Origin: Myxococcota bacterium
GTDB lineage: Bacteria > Myxococcota_A > Polyangia > Nannocystales > Nannocystaceae
Length of the DNA stretch: 64,000 nucleotides
Direction of reading: 5' to 3'
NCBI GenBank assembly: GCA_039028615.1
Contig: JBCCHT010000027.1
Location: 1 to 64,000 of the forward strand
Of this stretch, positions 35,801-44,663 are shown piece after piece. The notes under the pieces are model-generated. The model saw nothing but the letters and a program-made list of their open reading frames with translations. It did no database searches and was not told the origin of the DNA. Both the position numbers and the translations under genes were made by a program. Positions within the stretch are counted from its first letter, which is position 1. Every line of letters begins with the position of its first letter.

Positions 35801-38781
35801 TCGGCCGCGGGCTCCCGCCCGAAGGGATGCTCGGGCAGGTCGTAGGCCTCGCGCACCGGCTTGAGCGGCCGCTTGAACCACCACGGGCGCCGCGTGCCGT
35901 CGGGGCTGTGGTCCACGGCCGAGCGTGCCAGCGCATGCCACTGGCGATAGATCTCCATGGACTTGCGGGTGTCGACGTAGACGTCGCCGTGGCGCTCGTC
36001 GGGCTCGGCCTTGCGCACGTCGATGGCCTTCTGCAGCCAGCAGTGCGCGCCGCTGACCGGATCGGGGTGCACGCCGTGGGTGAGGTTTTGGTGCACGCCC
36101 ACGTCCTTCCACCAGATCCGGCTGGTGTCGGGGTCGAAGCTCTTCCAGGCCTTGCCGCCCTCGGTGAGCCGCAGGCGGTGACCGCCCTCGCCGTCCTCGC
36201 TCAGCTCGGCGCGCGCGGTCATGCCCGGGTTCCCGCCCGAGGCGTCTTGCAGCCGCCAACGACCGAGGTGATGGCTCATGGCCACGATGCCCGGCTTGAT
36301 GCCCTCGGTGACCCAGACCTTGTCCACGAACCAGCCCGTCTCGGTCTCCACCCGGCACAGCTCGCCCGAGCGCACGCCGATGCGCTCCGCGTCTCGAGGG
36401 TGCATCCACAGCGGGTTGTTGTGGCTGATCTCGTACAGCCACTTGGCGTTGGCGGAGCGGGTGTGGATGAGCGTGGGCAGCCGGAAGTTGGGCAGCAGCA
36501 CCATGTTGCCGCGCTCGCGATCGATCTCCTCGGGGTGCACGTGACTGCGGAGCGGCCACGGGATCACGTAGTCGCGCTCGTTCCAGCCCCAGTCGGCCAT
36601 GGTCGGCGACAGCAGCTCGAGCTTGCGGCTCGGCGTGGTGAAGCCCGCATGGGCTTCGCCATCGACCAATACGCCGACCACGGAATCGTCGCGAATCACC
36701 CGGTCCTGCGCGTCGATCTGCGCCCCCGCCTGGTCGACCACCTTCTCGTAGGGCACGTAGTTGTCACGGGTGACCTCGAAGCAGCCGTACTTGCGCATGT
36801 ACTGCAGCGCGGTGAGGCCTTCGGCCTGCGCCGCCTCGGGCAGCCCCGGCACGGAGTGCTCGAAGACCCAGCCCCAGTACTCGTCCTGCGAGACCAGCTC
36901 GCCCGGCCGCTGCTCGCTCTCGAACCATGGGCGAATGCCGAGCTCGCCGTCGGGATCCATGCGCCCGGAGACCTCGACCCAAAACTCGGCCTCTTCCCAG
37001 ACCTCGCCGGGGTTGGCCTCGTAGGTGTGGCGGATCGGCTTGCCCGCCTTCTCCATGGCCACGCGCCGCACGGGCTGGCGGAAGCCGATCCACTGCCCCG
37101 CGTGGGTCTCCTGGCTCATCAGGTCGTGGCGCTCCCCCGCATGCCCCATGGGCAGCACGTAGTCGGCAAACCACGCCGACTCGTTCCACGTGGGCGTCAG
37201 CGCGACGTGGAACTTCATCTTCTCTTCGTCACGCAGGGCCTCGAGCCACATGAAGCCGTCGGGGTTGATCCACAGCGGGTTGTAGACCCGGGTGAAGTAC
37301 ACGTCGACGTCGCCGCGCCCCTCGGCCAAGAAGTGCGGGAGCAGAAAGCTCATCTCGTAGAACGCCAGCGGCCACTCGTGCGGCAGGTGCAGGTCGTTCC
37401 AGGCGTTGAATGCGGGCGGCTTCTTGTAGGGCTTGGGGACGAACTTGTTCCAGCTGTTGAACGAGGTGCCGCCCTTGGTGCCCACCGAGCCGGTCAGGAC
37501 GTTGAGCAGGAACAAGCAGCGCGCCACCTGCCAGCCGCCGCGATTGCCGATGGAGGCCGCGCGCCAGTTGTGGGTCGCCAGGCGGGAGCCCGCGTCGGCC
37601 ACCGCCCGGGCCGCTTCTTCGATCCGCTCGATGGGGACCTGGGCCTCGGCCGCGGCGCGCTCGAAGGTGAACTCGTCGTACAAGGAAACCAGGCAGCGCT
37701 CGAAGTCCTCGAAGCTCCCCTCACCCGTGGGCAGCTCGGGCATGCCGGGCACCCCGGGCGCTTGCTCGAGGAACTGCCGCCAGTTCACCCACTTTTTCAC
37801 GAACTCGCGGTCGTAGAGGCCTTCGACGAGCAAGTGGCGGGCGATCGACAGCAGCAGCGTCGACTCGGAGCCGGGCCAGGTCGGCAGCCACACGTCGGCC
37901 CGCGACGCGGTATTCGACAGACGCGGGTCGAGCACGATGAGCTTGGCGCCCTCGAGCTTACCCTCGATGATCCGCTGCGCGTGCGGGTTGAAGTAGTGCC
38001 CCGTCTCCAGGTGGCTGGAGATGAGCACGATGGTGCGCGCGTTGGCGAAATCGGGGCTGGGCCGGTCACCGCCGCCCCACACGTAGTAGCCGGCCCGCGC
38101 CGCGGCGGAGCAGATGTTGGTGTGGCTGTTGTGGGCGTCGACGCCCCAGGCGGTGATGCAGCGGTTGGTGTAGTGATCCTCGCCGGGCCGACCGACGTGA
38201 TACATGATGCCGTCGCGCCGCTTTTGTCGGCTCGCCCGCATCTTGGCCCCGATGTCGTCGAGGGCCTCGTCCCAGCTCACCCGCTTCCACTTGCCCTCGC
38301 CGCGGGCCCCCACGCGCTTGAGCGGGTAGAGGATGCGCTCGGGGTCGTAGATCTGGTTGTGGGTGGCCGGGCCCTTGGCGCAGTTGCGGCCGCGGCTGCC
38401 CGGGTGCACGGGGTTGCCCTCGAACTTGCGAATCTCGTAGGTGGTCTTGTCGACGTAGGCCAGCAACCCGCAGCCGCTCTCGCAGTTGAAGCAGATGGTG
38501 GGCACCAGGCTGTAGCGCCGCGCCTCTTTGCGGGGCCAGGCCTTCGAGTCCCACTCCACCCAGTCGTCCCAGCGCTCGGGCGGCGGGTATCGGCTCATGC
38601 GACCGTCGGGGTGCCGCACCTCGGTGAGCTTCACCGGGGTGTCGTCGACCTCGGCGAACCCGGGCAGCCCCGTGCCCGCCGCATTGGTGGCGACATCGGT
38701 CACGGGCCGCTTGGCGTCGCTACGCCCCAAGCCCAGCAGCGCGCCCAGAAAATCGGAGACGCGATCGGCCAGCTCGCTCAT
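35797..38781 (-). CDS. Molybdopterin (bis-MGD) oxidoreductase catalytic subunit, Psr/Phs-like, no Tat signal
   Basis: FS0 motif CFNCESGC...CAKG, NSHTNICS (Cys ligand), ADYVLP, C-terminal LWMHPRDA binding domain. Confidence 0.92.
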   Translation of the reverse strand: MSELADRVSDFLGALLGLGRSDAKRPVTDVATNAAGTGLPGFAEVDDTPVKLTEVRHPDGRMSRYPPPERWDDWVEWDSKAWPRKEARRYSLVPTICFNCESGCGLLAYVDKTTYEIRKFEGNPVHPGSRGRNCAKGPATHNQIYDPERILYPLKRVGARGEGKWKRVSWDEALDDIGAKMRASRQKRRDGIMYHVGRPGEDHYTNRCITAWGVDAHNSHTNICSAAARAGYYVWGGGDRPSPDFANARTIVLISSHLETGHYFNPHAQRIIEGKLEGAKLIVLDPRLSNTASRADVWLPTWPGSESTLLLSIARHLLVEGLYDREFVKKWVNWRQFLEQAPGVPGMPELPTGEGSFEDFERCLVSLYDEFTFERAAAEAQVPIERIEEAARAVADAGSRLATHNWRAASIGNRGGWQVARCLFLLNVLTGSVGTKGGTSFNSWNKFVPKPYKKPPAFNAWNDLHLPHEWPLAFYEMSFLLPHFLAEGRGDVDVYFTRVYNPLWINPDGFMWLEALRDEEKMKFHVALTPTWNESAWFADYVLPMGHAGERHDLMSQETHAGQWIGFRQPVRRVAMEKAGKPIRHTYEANPGEVWEEAEFWVEVSGRMDPDGELGIRPWFESEQRPGELVSQDEYWGWVFEHSVPGLPEAAQAEGLTALQYMRKYGCFEVTRDNYVPYEKVVDQAGAQIDAQDRVIRDDSVVGVLVDGEAHAGFTTPSRKLELLSPTMADWGWNERDYVIPWPLRSHVHPEEIDRERGNMVLLPNFRLPTLIHTRSANAKWLYEISHNNPLWMHPRDAERIGVRSGELCRVETETGWFVDKVWVTEGIKPGIVAMSHHLGRWRLQDASGGNPGMTARAELSEDGEGGHRLRLTEGGKAWKSFDPDTSRIWWKDVGVHQNLTHGVHPDPVSGAHCWLQKAIDVRKAEPDERHGDVYVDTRKSMEIYRQWHALARSAVDHSPDGTRRPWWFKRPLKPVREAYDLPEHPFGREPAAE

Positions 38782-40427
38782 GAGTTCGGAATCTCCTGAG
38801 GCGCCATCACGAAAGCGTGCTCGTAGTAGTACAGGCCGATCGCGGCCGCGATCGCACCGGCCCCGGCCAGTAGCGGCGACCCGAACATCAGCGCGACCAG
38901 GGGCACCACGTGCCCCACCACCACCGAGCCCCACCAAAACTGGCCGCGATAGCGTCCGTGCCCGATCTCGTGGGCGGCCCGGGCAGCGACCTCACTGGCG
39001 TGGGCGATGCCGAACTCCCCCGCGAGGGTGACGAACAGGTCGATGATGAGCATGGAGGCAAAGGCCGGTCGCATCACCGCCACCAGGTCGGGCGGCAAGC
39101 CGCTGACCGCATGCAGCAACAGCAGCGTGCCCGAGCCCATGGCCAGCGCCTGCACCAACAAGTGGAAGGGCAACAACGGGCTCTGCCACAGGTCGCGGCC
39201 CTCGGCCTGAGCGAACAGGAACGCGGTGTAGATGGCCGTGCCCAACGCCAGCGGCACCGTGGTCCACAGCAGGATGCCGCGCAGCAGCGGGGGAACCTCG
39301 AAGGGCCCGGTGCCGAGGAACTGCGCCGCCTCGAGGGTCCACCAAAGGCCCGCCACCGTGGTGAAGCCCACCAACAAGAATGCCCCGCGGGTCAGCCAGC
39401 TCTTCCACTGCGGGCGCAGCAAGATCGACAAGAAGCGCTCGGGTCGCTCGAGGTCATAGACGAGCAGGCCCGTGGTCACCAGCGTGAACAAAAGGCCCAT
39501 GAAGCCGGCGCCGAGCATCGTGCCCGGATCGAAGCCGAACAGCCCGAGTCCCCACCCCAGTGCGAGCACGAGGAACACGCCCGCGCCGACGCCCTTGGTC
39601 ACCAGGTACGCGGGCACGGGCCAGTGCCAGGGCACCTCGTGCTGGGCGTTCCAGGCCAACTGCACCATGTGCTCGGCGCGTCGTCCCCCCGTGCGAATCG
39701 GCCCCGCCGCGGGCAGCCCCTGCGTGCCCGGCTTGCGAATGGTGGCCCCCGACGGCGCGACCATGGTGCCGCCGCCCCCCTTGGGGGCTGCAGCGGAGCT
39801 GAGCCCCTGCTCGGTGACCACGTCGGAGAACAGCATGCCCTGCGACTGCGGCCCCTCGGCGAAGACGGTGGGGTGCAGCGCGACGTCGTCCCCCTCGATG
39901 TACAGCACCTTGGGCGCGGTCCCCTGCTCCGGCTTGCGCACCGTGGTCTTGGCTTGCTGCACGAGCTTGGCGATCTCCGACATCGGGTCGTCGAGGTCCC
40001 CGGCCACGATCGCGTGGGTCGGGCACACCACGGCGCAGGCGGGCTCGAGCCCCACCTCGACGCGATGCGAGCAGTAGTGACACTTGGCCGCCGTCCCGCT
40101 CTCGGGGTCGATGTGGATCGCATCGTAGGGACACGCCTGCATGCACGCCTTGCAGCCGATGCAGGTGTGCTTGTCGAACTCCACGATCCCGTCTTCGCGC
40201 TGGTACATCGCGGTCACGGGGCAGATGCGAACGCAGGGCGGGTTGTCGCAGTGGTTGCACCGCGTCACCTGAAAGCTGCGACGCACATCGGGATAGGTCC
40301 CGCGCTCGACGTACTTCACCCAGGTGCGATGCACTCCCAGCGGCACCTCGTTCTCGCTCTTGCACGCGGTCGAGCAGGCGTGGCACCCAATGCACTTGCG
40401 ATTGTCGATGACGAAGCCGTAGTTCAT
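38778..40427 (-). CDS. Fused 4Fe-4S subunit (PsrB/NrfC-like) and NrfD/PsrC membrane anchor
   Basis: CIGCHACSTAC, CNHCDNPPCVRICP, CIGCKACMQACP, KCHYC...PAC; then YDLERPERF...SWLTRG and about 8 TM helices. Confidence 0.92.
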   Translation of the reverse strand: MNYGFVIDNRKCIGCHACSTACKSENEVPLGVHRTWVKYVERGTYPDVRRSFQVTRCNHCDNPPCVRICPVTAMYQREDGIVEFDKHTCIGCKACMQACPYDAIHIDPESGTAAKCHYCSHRVEVGLEPACAVVCPTHAIVAGDLDDPMSEIAKLVQQAKTTVRKPEQGTAPKVLYIEGDDVALHPTVFAEGPQSQGMLFSDVVTEQGLSSAAAPKGGGGTMVAPSGATIRKPGTQGLPAAGPIRTGGRRAEHMVQLAWNAQHEVPWHWPVPAYLVTKGVGAGVFLVLALGWGLGLFGFDPGTMLGAGFMGLLFTLVTTGLLVYDLERPERFLSILLRPQWKSWLTRGAFLLVGFTTVAGLWWTLEAAQFLGTGPFEVPPLLRGILLWTTVPLALGTAIYTAFLFAQAEGRDLWQSPLLPFHLLVQALAMGSGTLLLLHAVSGLPPDLVAVMRPAFASMLIIDLFVTLAGEFGIAHASEVAARAAHEIGHGRYRGQFWWGSVVVGHVVPLVALMFGSPLLAGAGAIAAAIGLYYYEHAFVMAPQEIPNS

Positions 40428-40454
40428 CGGCGCAGCAACCCCGGCCCCAGCAAA

Positions 40455-40470
40455 AGCAAATGGCGTGCCA
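40455..40470 (-). promoter_or_regulatory. Sigma54 (-24/-12) promoter for the molybdoenzyme operon
   Basis: Minus strand reads TGGCACGCCATTTGCT (GG-N10-GC, matching TGGCACG-N4-TTGCW), about 28 nt upstream of ATG 40427. Confidence 0.85.
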
Positions 40471-40547
40471 GGCGGTACTCTTGGGGAGGATCGCGCAGGG
40501 GGCTTACGGCTGGTCCGATCCTTGCGTAGCGTTTGACCGCGTTCGCC

Positions 40548-42254
40548 ATGCCGCGCCTGCCCCTACCGCCCCTGTCCCGGATCGAGCCGAGCGAGATCCC
40601 GGCCGATTTCATGGCGGCGCTGGCGGTCTGCATCCTCGCGGTGCCGCAGGGCCTGGCCTACGCCACCATCGCCGGCCTGCCCCCGGTCATGGGCCTGTAC
40701 GCGGCCGCCATCCCCCCCATCGTCGGATCGCTGTTTCGCAGCTCCCGGCATGTCGTCGCGGGCCCGACCAACGCCCTGAGCCTCTTGGTGTGGGCTGCGG
40801 TGGCCGGGGTGTCGGACGACCCGGTGAGCGTGGCGCTGACCCTCGCGCTGATGGTCGGGGTCATGCAGGTCGCGGCCGGCATCCTGCGGCTGGGCTCGGT
40901 GGTGGACTACATCTCGGGACCGGTGGTGCTCGGCTACATCACGGGCGCCGGGGTGCTCATCGGCATCGGTCAGCTCCACAACGTCACCGCCACCACCGGA
41001 CCGCGCGGCAACCTGCTGACCACCGTTCAGGGCTGGATCCCCGTGCTCGACGAGGCCTCCACCCTCGCGGTGGGCATGACCGCGGGCACCGTCGGCGTGG
41101 TCATCCTCGTGCGCTTCATCAGCGCCAGGCTCGGCCGTCGCATCCCCGCCGCGGTGACCGCCATGATCACCGCGCTCATCGTCAACGTGGCGCTGGGGCT
41201 CGAAGATCGGGGGCTGAGGGTGCTCTCCGATCTGTCGCCGATCCCCTCCGGCTTCGCCATGCCCGAAGTCCCCCGATTGGCCGATCTGGGCACGCTGTTG
41301 CCCTTTGCCGTGGCCTGCACCGTGCTGTCGCTGGTGGAGTCGAGCGCGGTCGCCCGGTCCATCGCCGCCCGCACTGGCCAGCGTCTCGACCCCTCCACCG
41401 AGTTCGTGGGCCAGGGCATGGCCAACCTCGCCGCCGGTTTTTGGGGCGGCTACCCCGTCAGCGGCAGCCTGTCTCGCTCCGCCCTCAACGAGCGCGGCGG
41501 CGCCCGAAGCCGCCTGTCCGGGATCCTCTCGGGCGTGCTGATGATCGGGGTGCTGCTGGTCTTTGGCCCCACCCTCGACCACACCCCCATCGCCAGCCTG
41601 GCCGGGCTCCTCATCGTGGTGGCCTGGGACCTGGTGGACGCGCCTCGCATCCTGCGAACGATGCGGGCCTCCTGGGGCGATGCGTTGGCGTTCGTGGTCA
41701 CCGTGCTCGCCACCTGGATCTTCTCGCTCGACATGGCGATCTACCTGGGCGTGGCGTTCAGCCTGGTCTCGTTCCTCCAGCGCGCGCGCCTTTTGGTGGT
41801 CCGCGAGATGGTGCACGACGAGGAGGGGCAGTGGCAGGAGCGCCCGGCGGACGAGGGCTCCGACGATGGCCGGATGCCGCACGTCCGCGTGCTGCAGATC
41901 GAAGGACCGCTGTTCTTCGGCGCCATGGGTGAGCTCTTGAGCTCGCTCGAGGACGTGATGCGCAACCGCGACGTCTTGGCGGTAGTGCTGCGGCTCAAGC
42001 GAGCCCAGGGCATGGATGCCACCGCCGCCGACGCCCTGGCCGGCATGGCCGAAGCGGCCAAGCAGCGGGGGCAGAGCCTGATTTTGGTGGGGTTGAGCCC
42101 GGACATGCTCGAGGTGCTCAAGCGCTCCGACGCCGCCTTGGCCTTCACGCCCGAGCACCTGCTGCTGGCCAACAAGACCCGATTCGTGGCGCTGAACGAG
42201 GCATGTCGGCTCGCCAGCGACTATGTCGCGAATCACGCACCCTCGCCCGACTAG
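40548..42254 (+). CDS. SulP/SLC26 anion transporter with STAS domain
   Basis: VPQGLAYATIAGLPPVMGLY, GPTNA, EFVGQGMAN, GSLSRS, IEGPLFFG, MDATA. Confidence 0.93.
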   Translation: MPRLPLPPLSRIEPSEIPADFMAALAVCILAVPQGLAYATIAGLPPVMGLYAAAIPPIVGSLFRSSRHVVAGPTNALSLLVWAAVAGVSDDPVSVALTLALMVGVMQVAAGILRLGSVVDYISGPVVLGYITGAGVLIGIGQLHNVTATTGPRGNLLTTVQGWIPVLDEASTLAVGMTAGTVGVVILVRFISARLGRRIPAAVTAMITALIVNVALGLEDRGLRVLSDLSPIPSGFAMPEVPRLADLGTLLPFAVACTVLSLVESSAVARSIAARTGQRLDPSTEFVGQGMANLAAGFWGGYPVSGSLSRSALNERGGARSRLSGILSGVLMIGVLLVFGPTLDHTPIASLAGLLIVVAWDLVDAPRILRTMRASWGDALAFVVTVLATWIFSLDMAIYLGVAFSLVSFLQRARLLVVREMVHDEEGQWQERPADEGSDDGRMPHVRVLQIEGPLFFGAMGELLSSLEDVMRNRDVLAVVLRLKRAQGMDATAADALAGMAEAAKQRGQSLILVGLSPDMLEVLKRSDAALAFTPEHLLLANKTRFVALNEACRLASDYVANHAPSPD

Positions 42255-42273
42255 CGCGAATTCGGTCGACCTC

Positions 42274-42311
42274 GTTTCAGTCGGTTGCAACGCGACTCAA
42301 CGGATTGAAAC
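42274..42311. promoter_or_regulatory. Tandem imperfect dyads, candidate enhancer (UAS) for a sigma54 activator
   Basis: GTTTCAGTCGGTTGCAAC (42274-91) and GACTCAACGGATTGAAAC (42294-311), 20 bp apart, AT-rich for this genome. Confidence 0.45.
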
Positions 42312-42506
42312 ACCGCCCAGGCCACGACCGGCGGCTCGTTCCAGGCGCAAATCGGCTGAAGCTGACCGTGGGCGGAAAGAAAATTCCGGCGGCGGGAAGA
42401 ACATCGGCTCGGTCGTCATCCCGAGTGCACGCCCCCACGGCCCCGCCCGAATACCGGGCGGCGATCGACCGTGGGTGGTGCAGGCCAACGCCGCCGCAGC
42501 CCGATC

Positions 42507-43550
42507 ATGTCCCACGCAGCTTCCGTCCGATCGCAGTCCGTCTCGCTCCTCCGTCTGATGCCGCTGGCGCTCATGCTGAGCGCGTGCGCGGGCAACAACT
42601 CCCGCGCGCCGTCGACCCCGCCGGGCGCCCATCATTCGTCGTCTCCCGCGATGGCCACGTCGCCGCAGGGCCCCGAGTCGATCGTCGTCGCCTGCAGCTA
42701 TCCCGTCACCGCCGACATTCGGATCAGCGATGGCAACGACAAGGTGCTCCGCACCGACGGCGAGTTCTGGGTCAACGGCGATCGGCTCGGCGTCGGCGAG
42801 TGGCTCACGCCGTCGCGCTACGTGGTCTATGTCCCCAGCTGGGGTGATCGCTGGTGGATCGGCGACCTGTCCCGCGACGGCATGCTGACCACCACGGTGG
42901 AAAACCAGTCGGAGATCTTCGATGCGCGGCCCAGCCACCTCGAGCCCTATACCGATGCCCACGCCCGACCGGCGGACGGCGACATCCGCATCAACGAAGG
43001 CACCCACGGCAAGGTCATCACGCCGAACGGGCACTTCATCGTCGACGGCAAGCGACTCGGGACCGGGCGCTGGGTGACGTCGACGCGTTTCGTGGTGTTC
43101 GTCCCCGCCTGGGGTGACCTGTGGTGGGTGGGCGAGCTCGACCGCGAAGGCATGCTCACCGCCACCGTGCAAAGCGACGCGGAGGCCGTGCAGCACCGTC
43201 CCCAGCACCGCGAGCACTGGACGTCGGCGGGTCCCTTCGGCCGCTCCGCCACGGTGACCATCAGCGACGGCAACGTCAAGCACATCGCCCCGGATGGCGA
43301 CTTCGTGGTCAACGGCGAGTCCCTGGGCCGCGGACAGTGGACCTCGCCGAACCGCTTCGTGGTGTTCGTAGAGCCCTGGGGCGGCCTGTGGTGGGTGGGC
43401 GAGCTGGTCCCTGGCGGCATGGTGACGATGACCGTCGACGAACCCGCGAAGCTGGTCGACGCCCGGCCGCAGCACTTCGAGGCGTACCCCTTCGCGCAGG
43501 GCTGCGACGAGGGCGAGTTCCCCGGGCCCGAGTCAGTGCCGCCCGCCTGA
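42507..43550 (+). CDS. Lipoprotein with three tandem ~90-aa Trp-rich repeats
   Basis: Lipobox LSAC; three copies of I.ISDG..K.....G.F.VNG..LG.G.W....R.VV.V..WG..WW.G.L...GM.T.TV. Confidence 0.8.
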   Translation: MSHAASVRSQSVSLLRLMPLALMLSACAGNNSRAPSTPPGAHHSSSPAMATSPQGPESIVVACSYPVTADIRISDGNDKVLRTDGEFWVNGDRLGVGEWLTPSRYVVYVPSWGDRWWIGDLSRDGMLTTTVENQSEIFDARPSHLEPYTDAHARPADGDIRINEGTHGKVITPNGHFIVDGKRLGTGRWVTSTRFVVFVPAWGDLWWVGELDREGMLTATVQSDAEAVQHRPQHREHWTSAGPFGRSATVTISDGNVKHIAPDGDFVVNGESLGRGQWTSPNRFVVFVEPWGGLWWVGELVPGGMVTMTVDEPAKLVDARPQHFEAYPFAQGCDEGEFPGPESVPPA

Positions 43551-43574
43551 CGGGGCGGGGTCGGCTCGACGCGC

Positions 43575-44552
43575 TCAGTCCTGCAGCTTCAGCTCTCGGA
43601 GTCGCCGCCACAGCGTGGTCCGGCTGATCCCCAGAAGCTCGGCGGCTTGGCTCTTTTGCCCGCCGCTCATGCGCAGCGCCTCGCGAAGTCGTTGACGCTC
43701 GGCCTCTTCGGGGTCGGGCTCGCGGCCGCCCTTTTTCACGTTGGGCGGCAGCTCGCCGCGCAGCTCGGGCGGCACCTCCTGCGAGGTGAGCACCGGCCCC
43801 TCCCCGACCGCGAACGCGTACTCGAGCACGTTGTGCAGCTCGCGGACGTTGCCCGGCCAGTGGTAGCTCATGAGCATCTCGTGGACCTTCTCGTCGATCG
43901 CCTCGATGCGCCGCGGGCCCACGTTGTTGAGCTCGTCGATGAACGACCAGGTGAGCGCCTCGATGTCGCCCGTGCGCTCGACCAGGGGCGGGATGAAGAT
44001 CGGCACCACGCGAATCCGGTACATCAGGTCCTCGCGGAAGCGCCGCGCCTCGACCTCCTCGCGCAGGGACTTGTGGGTCGCGGTGATGAGCCGCAGATCG
44101 ACCGTCTTCGGGTCTGTACCGCCCACCGGGACGAAATTGCGTTCTTGGAGCACGCGGAGCAGCCGCGCCTGGATGTCGAGGCCGAGCTCGGCCACTTCGT
44201 CGAGGAACACCGTCCCGCCATCACCCAGCGTGAGCAGCCCGCGGCGATCGGAAACCGCCCCCGTGAAGGCGCCGCGCACGTGGCCAAAGAGGGTCGACGC
44301 GGCCAGCTCGGGGGTGAGCGTCGCGCAGTTGACCGCCTTGAAGGCTCGATGCGCACGACCGCTCAGGGCATGGATCGCGTGCGCGGCCAACTCCTTGCCG
44401 GTTCCCGTCTCTCCGCGGAGCAACACGGAGGCCTCGGTCCGCGCCACGCGACGCAGCAGCTCGAACAGATCCCGCATCTGCGGCGAAACGGTGAGCATCC
44501 CGTGGAAATCCGTGGGCTTCGTATCGGGGCGGCGACGTTGGGCGATGCTCAC
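43575..44552 (-). CDS. Sigma54-dependent activator (AAA+ and Fis-type HTH) lacking an N-terminal sensor domain
   Basis: GETGTGKE, GAFTGA, FLDEV, FREDLMYRI, WPGNVREL, AAELLGISRTTLWRR. Confidence 0.9.
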   Translation of the reverse strand: MSIAQRRRPDTKPTDFHGMLTVSPQMRDLFELLRRVARTEASVLLRGETGTGKELAAHAIHALSGRAHRAFKAVNCATLTPELAASTLFGHVRGAFTGAVSDRRGLLTLGDGGTVFLDEVAELGLDIQARLLRVLQERNFVPVGGTDPKTVDLRLITATHKSLREEVEARRFREDLMYRIRVVPIFIPPLVERTGDIEALTWSFIDELNNVGPRRIEAIDEKVHEMLMSYHWPGNVRELHNVLEYAFAVGEGPVLTSQEVPPELRGELPPNVKKGGREPDPEEAERQRLREALRMSGGQKSQAAELLGISRTTLWRRLRELKLQD

Positions 44553-44663
44553 GACCCTTCGGTAGATGCCTCGGCTCGGAAGTGCACGCAATGATTTTCC
44601 GAGACTTTCGCCCATGACAGTGCCAGATTGAGTCGTCAGCGGACATCGACTGTTGCGGCCCCC

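Noticed and set aside
35801..36559. Long N-terminal extension of the TorD-like ORF
   Set aside because: It is an out-of-frame overlap with the catalytic subunit; the ATGA coupling at 35797-35800 marks the true start.
35773..38799. 1008-aa plus-strand ORF, and similar long antisense ORFs (7091-9427, 57095-59353, 40563-42290)
   Set aside because: These are stop-poor shadows of high-GC3 genes with no motifs; the opposite strand has clear family signatures.
44604..44625. TGGCAC on the minus strand upstream of the activator as a sigma54 promoter
   Set aside because: There is no GC at the -12 position with the required GG-N10-GC spacing.
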